Positions 63,637 to 64,000 of a stretch of DNA of 64,000 bases are shown here, piece after piece (positions within the stretch are counted from its first letter, which is position 1; each line of letters opens with the position of its first letter). This stretch comes from Octopus bimaculoides (taxonomy: Eukaryota): NCBI RefSeq assembly GCF_001194135.2, contig NC_068986.1:83763790-83827789 (forward strand). The letters run 5' to 3'. The notes beneath the pieces were generated by a model. That model was not told where the DNA came from, searched no databases, and was given only the letters and a program-made list of their open reading frames with translations. The position numbers and the translations under genes are program-made.

Positions 63637-64000
63637 CTCTTTTACTTGTTTCAGTAATTTGACTGCGGCCGTGCTGGAGCACCGCCTTTAGTCGAACAAA
63701 TCAACCCCAGGACTTATTCTTTGTAAGCCTAATACTTATTCTATCAGTCTCTTTTGCCGAACCGCTAAGTTACGGGGACGTAAACACACCAGCATCGGTT
63801 GTCAAGCGATGGTGGGGGGACAAACACAGATACACAAACACACATACACATATATATATATACATATATACGACGGGCTTCTTTCAGTTTCCGTCTACCA
63901 AATCCACTCACAAGGCTTTGGTCGGCCCGAGGCTATAGTAGAAGACACTTGCCCAAGGTGCCACGCAGTGGGACTGAACCCAGAACCATGTGGTTGGTAA
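63637..64000 (-). mobile_element. Young SINE family C (CORE-like core), head runs off the window end
   Basis: CpG-rich tail as at 22248, (TA/CA) linker, then ACGACGGGCTTCTTTCAGTTTCCGTCTACCAAATCCACTCACAAGG..GACACTTGCCCAAGGTGCC..GGGACTGAACCC (reverse B box). Confidence 0.85.

Overview
AT-rich, gapped (8 N-runs), repeat-saturated eukaryotic DNA. The SINE and LINE families look like those of a coleoid cephalopod, most likely Octopus (recognition from sequence, not a database result). I find no intact protein-coding gene, rRNA, true tRNA or CRISPR array. Nearly all listed ORFs are microsatellite or gap artefacts, or decayed transposon fragments. Recognisable parts: fragments of R4/Dong, CR1, RTE, RTE-BovB, Tx1/L1-like and L2/CR1-like LINEs; a Ty3/Gypsy integrase with LTR; several tRNA-derived SINE families, two in head-to-tail arrays; about 18 copies of an unclassified 200-bp repeat; and MITE/foldback elements, including a hAT-type MITE with an 8-bp TSD. 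The most striking observation is two copies (21123-21703, 36511-36943) of a non-coding inverted-repeat retroelement that joins a tRNA-derived Pol III head to a minimal type I hammerhead ribozyme. Both have Penelope-like tail asymmetry and 12-bp TSDs, suggesting a ribozyme-bearing SINE mobilised by Penelope-like elements. Second is a Gypsy 3' end with two PPT-like tracts, a 49-bp mini-LTR, a 233-bp LTR and a downstream PBS. Boundaries of old repeats are approximate (about 20-30 bp).
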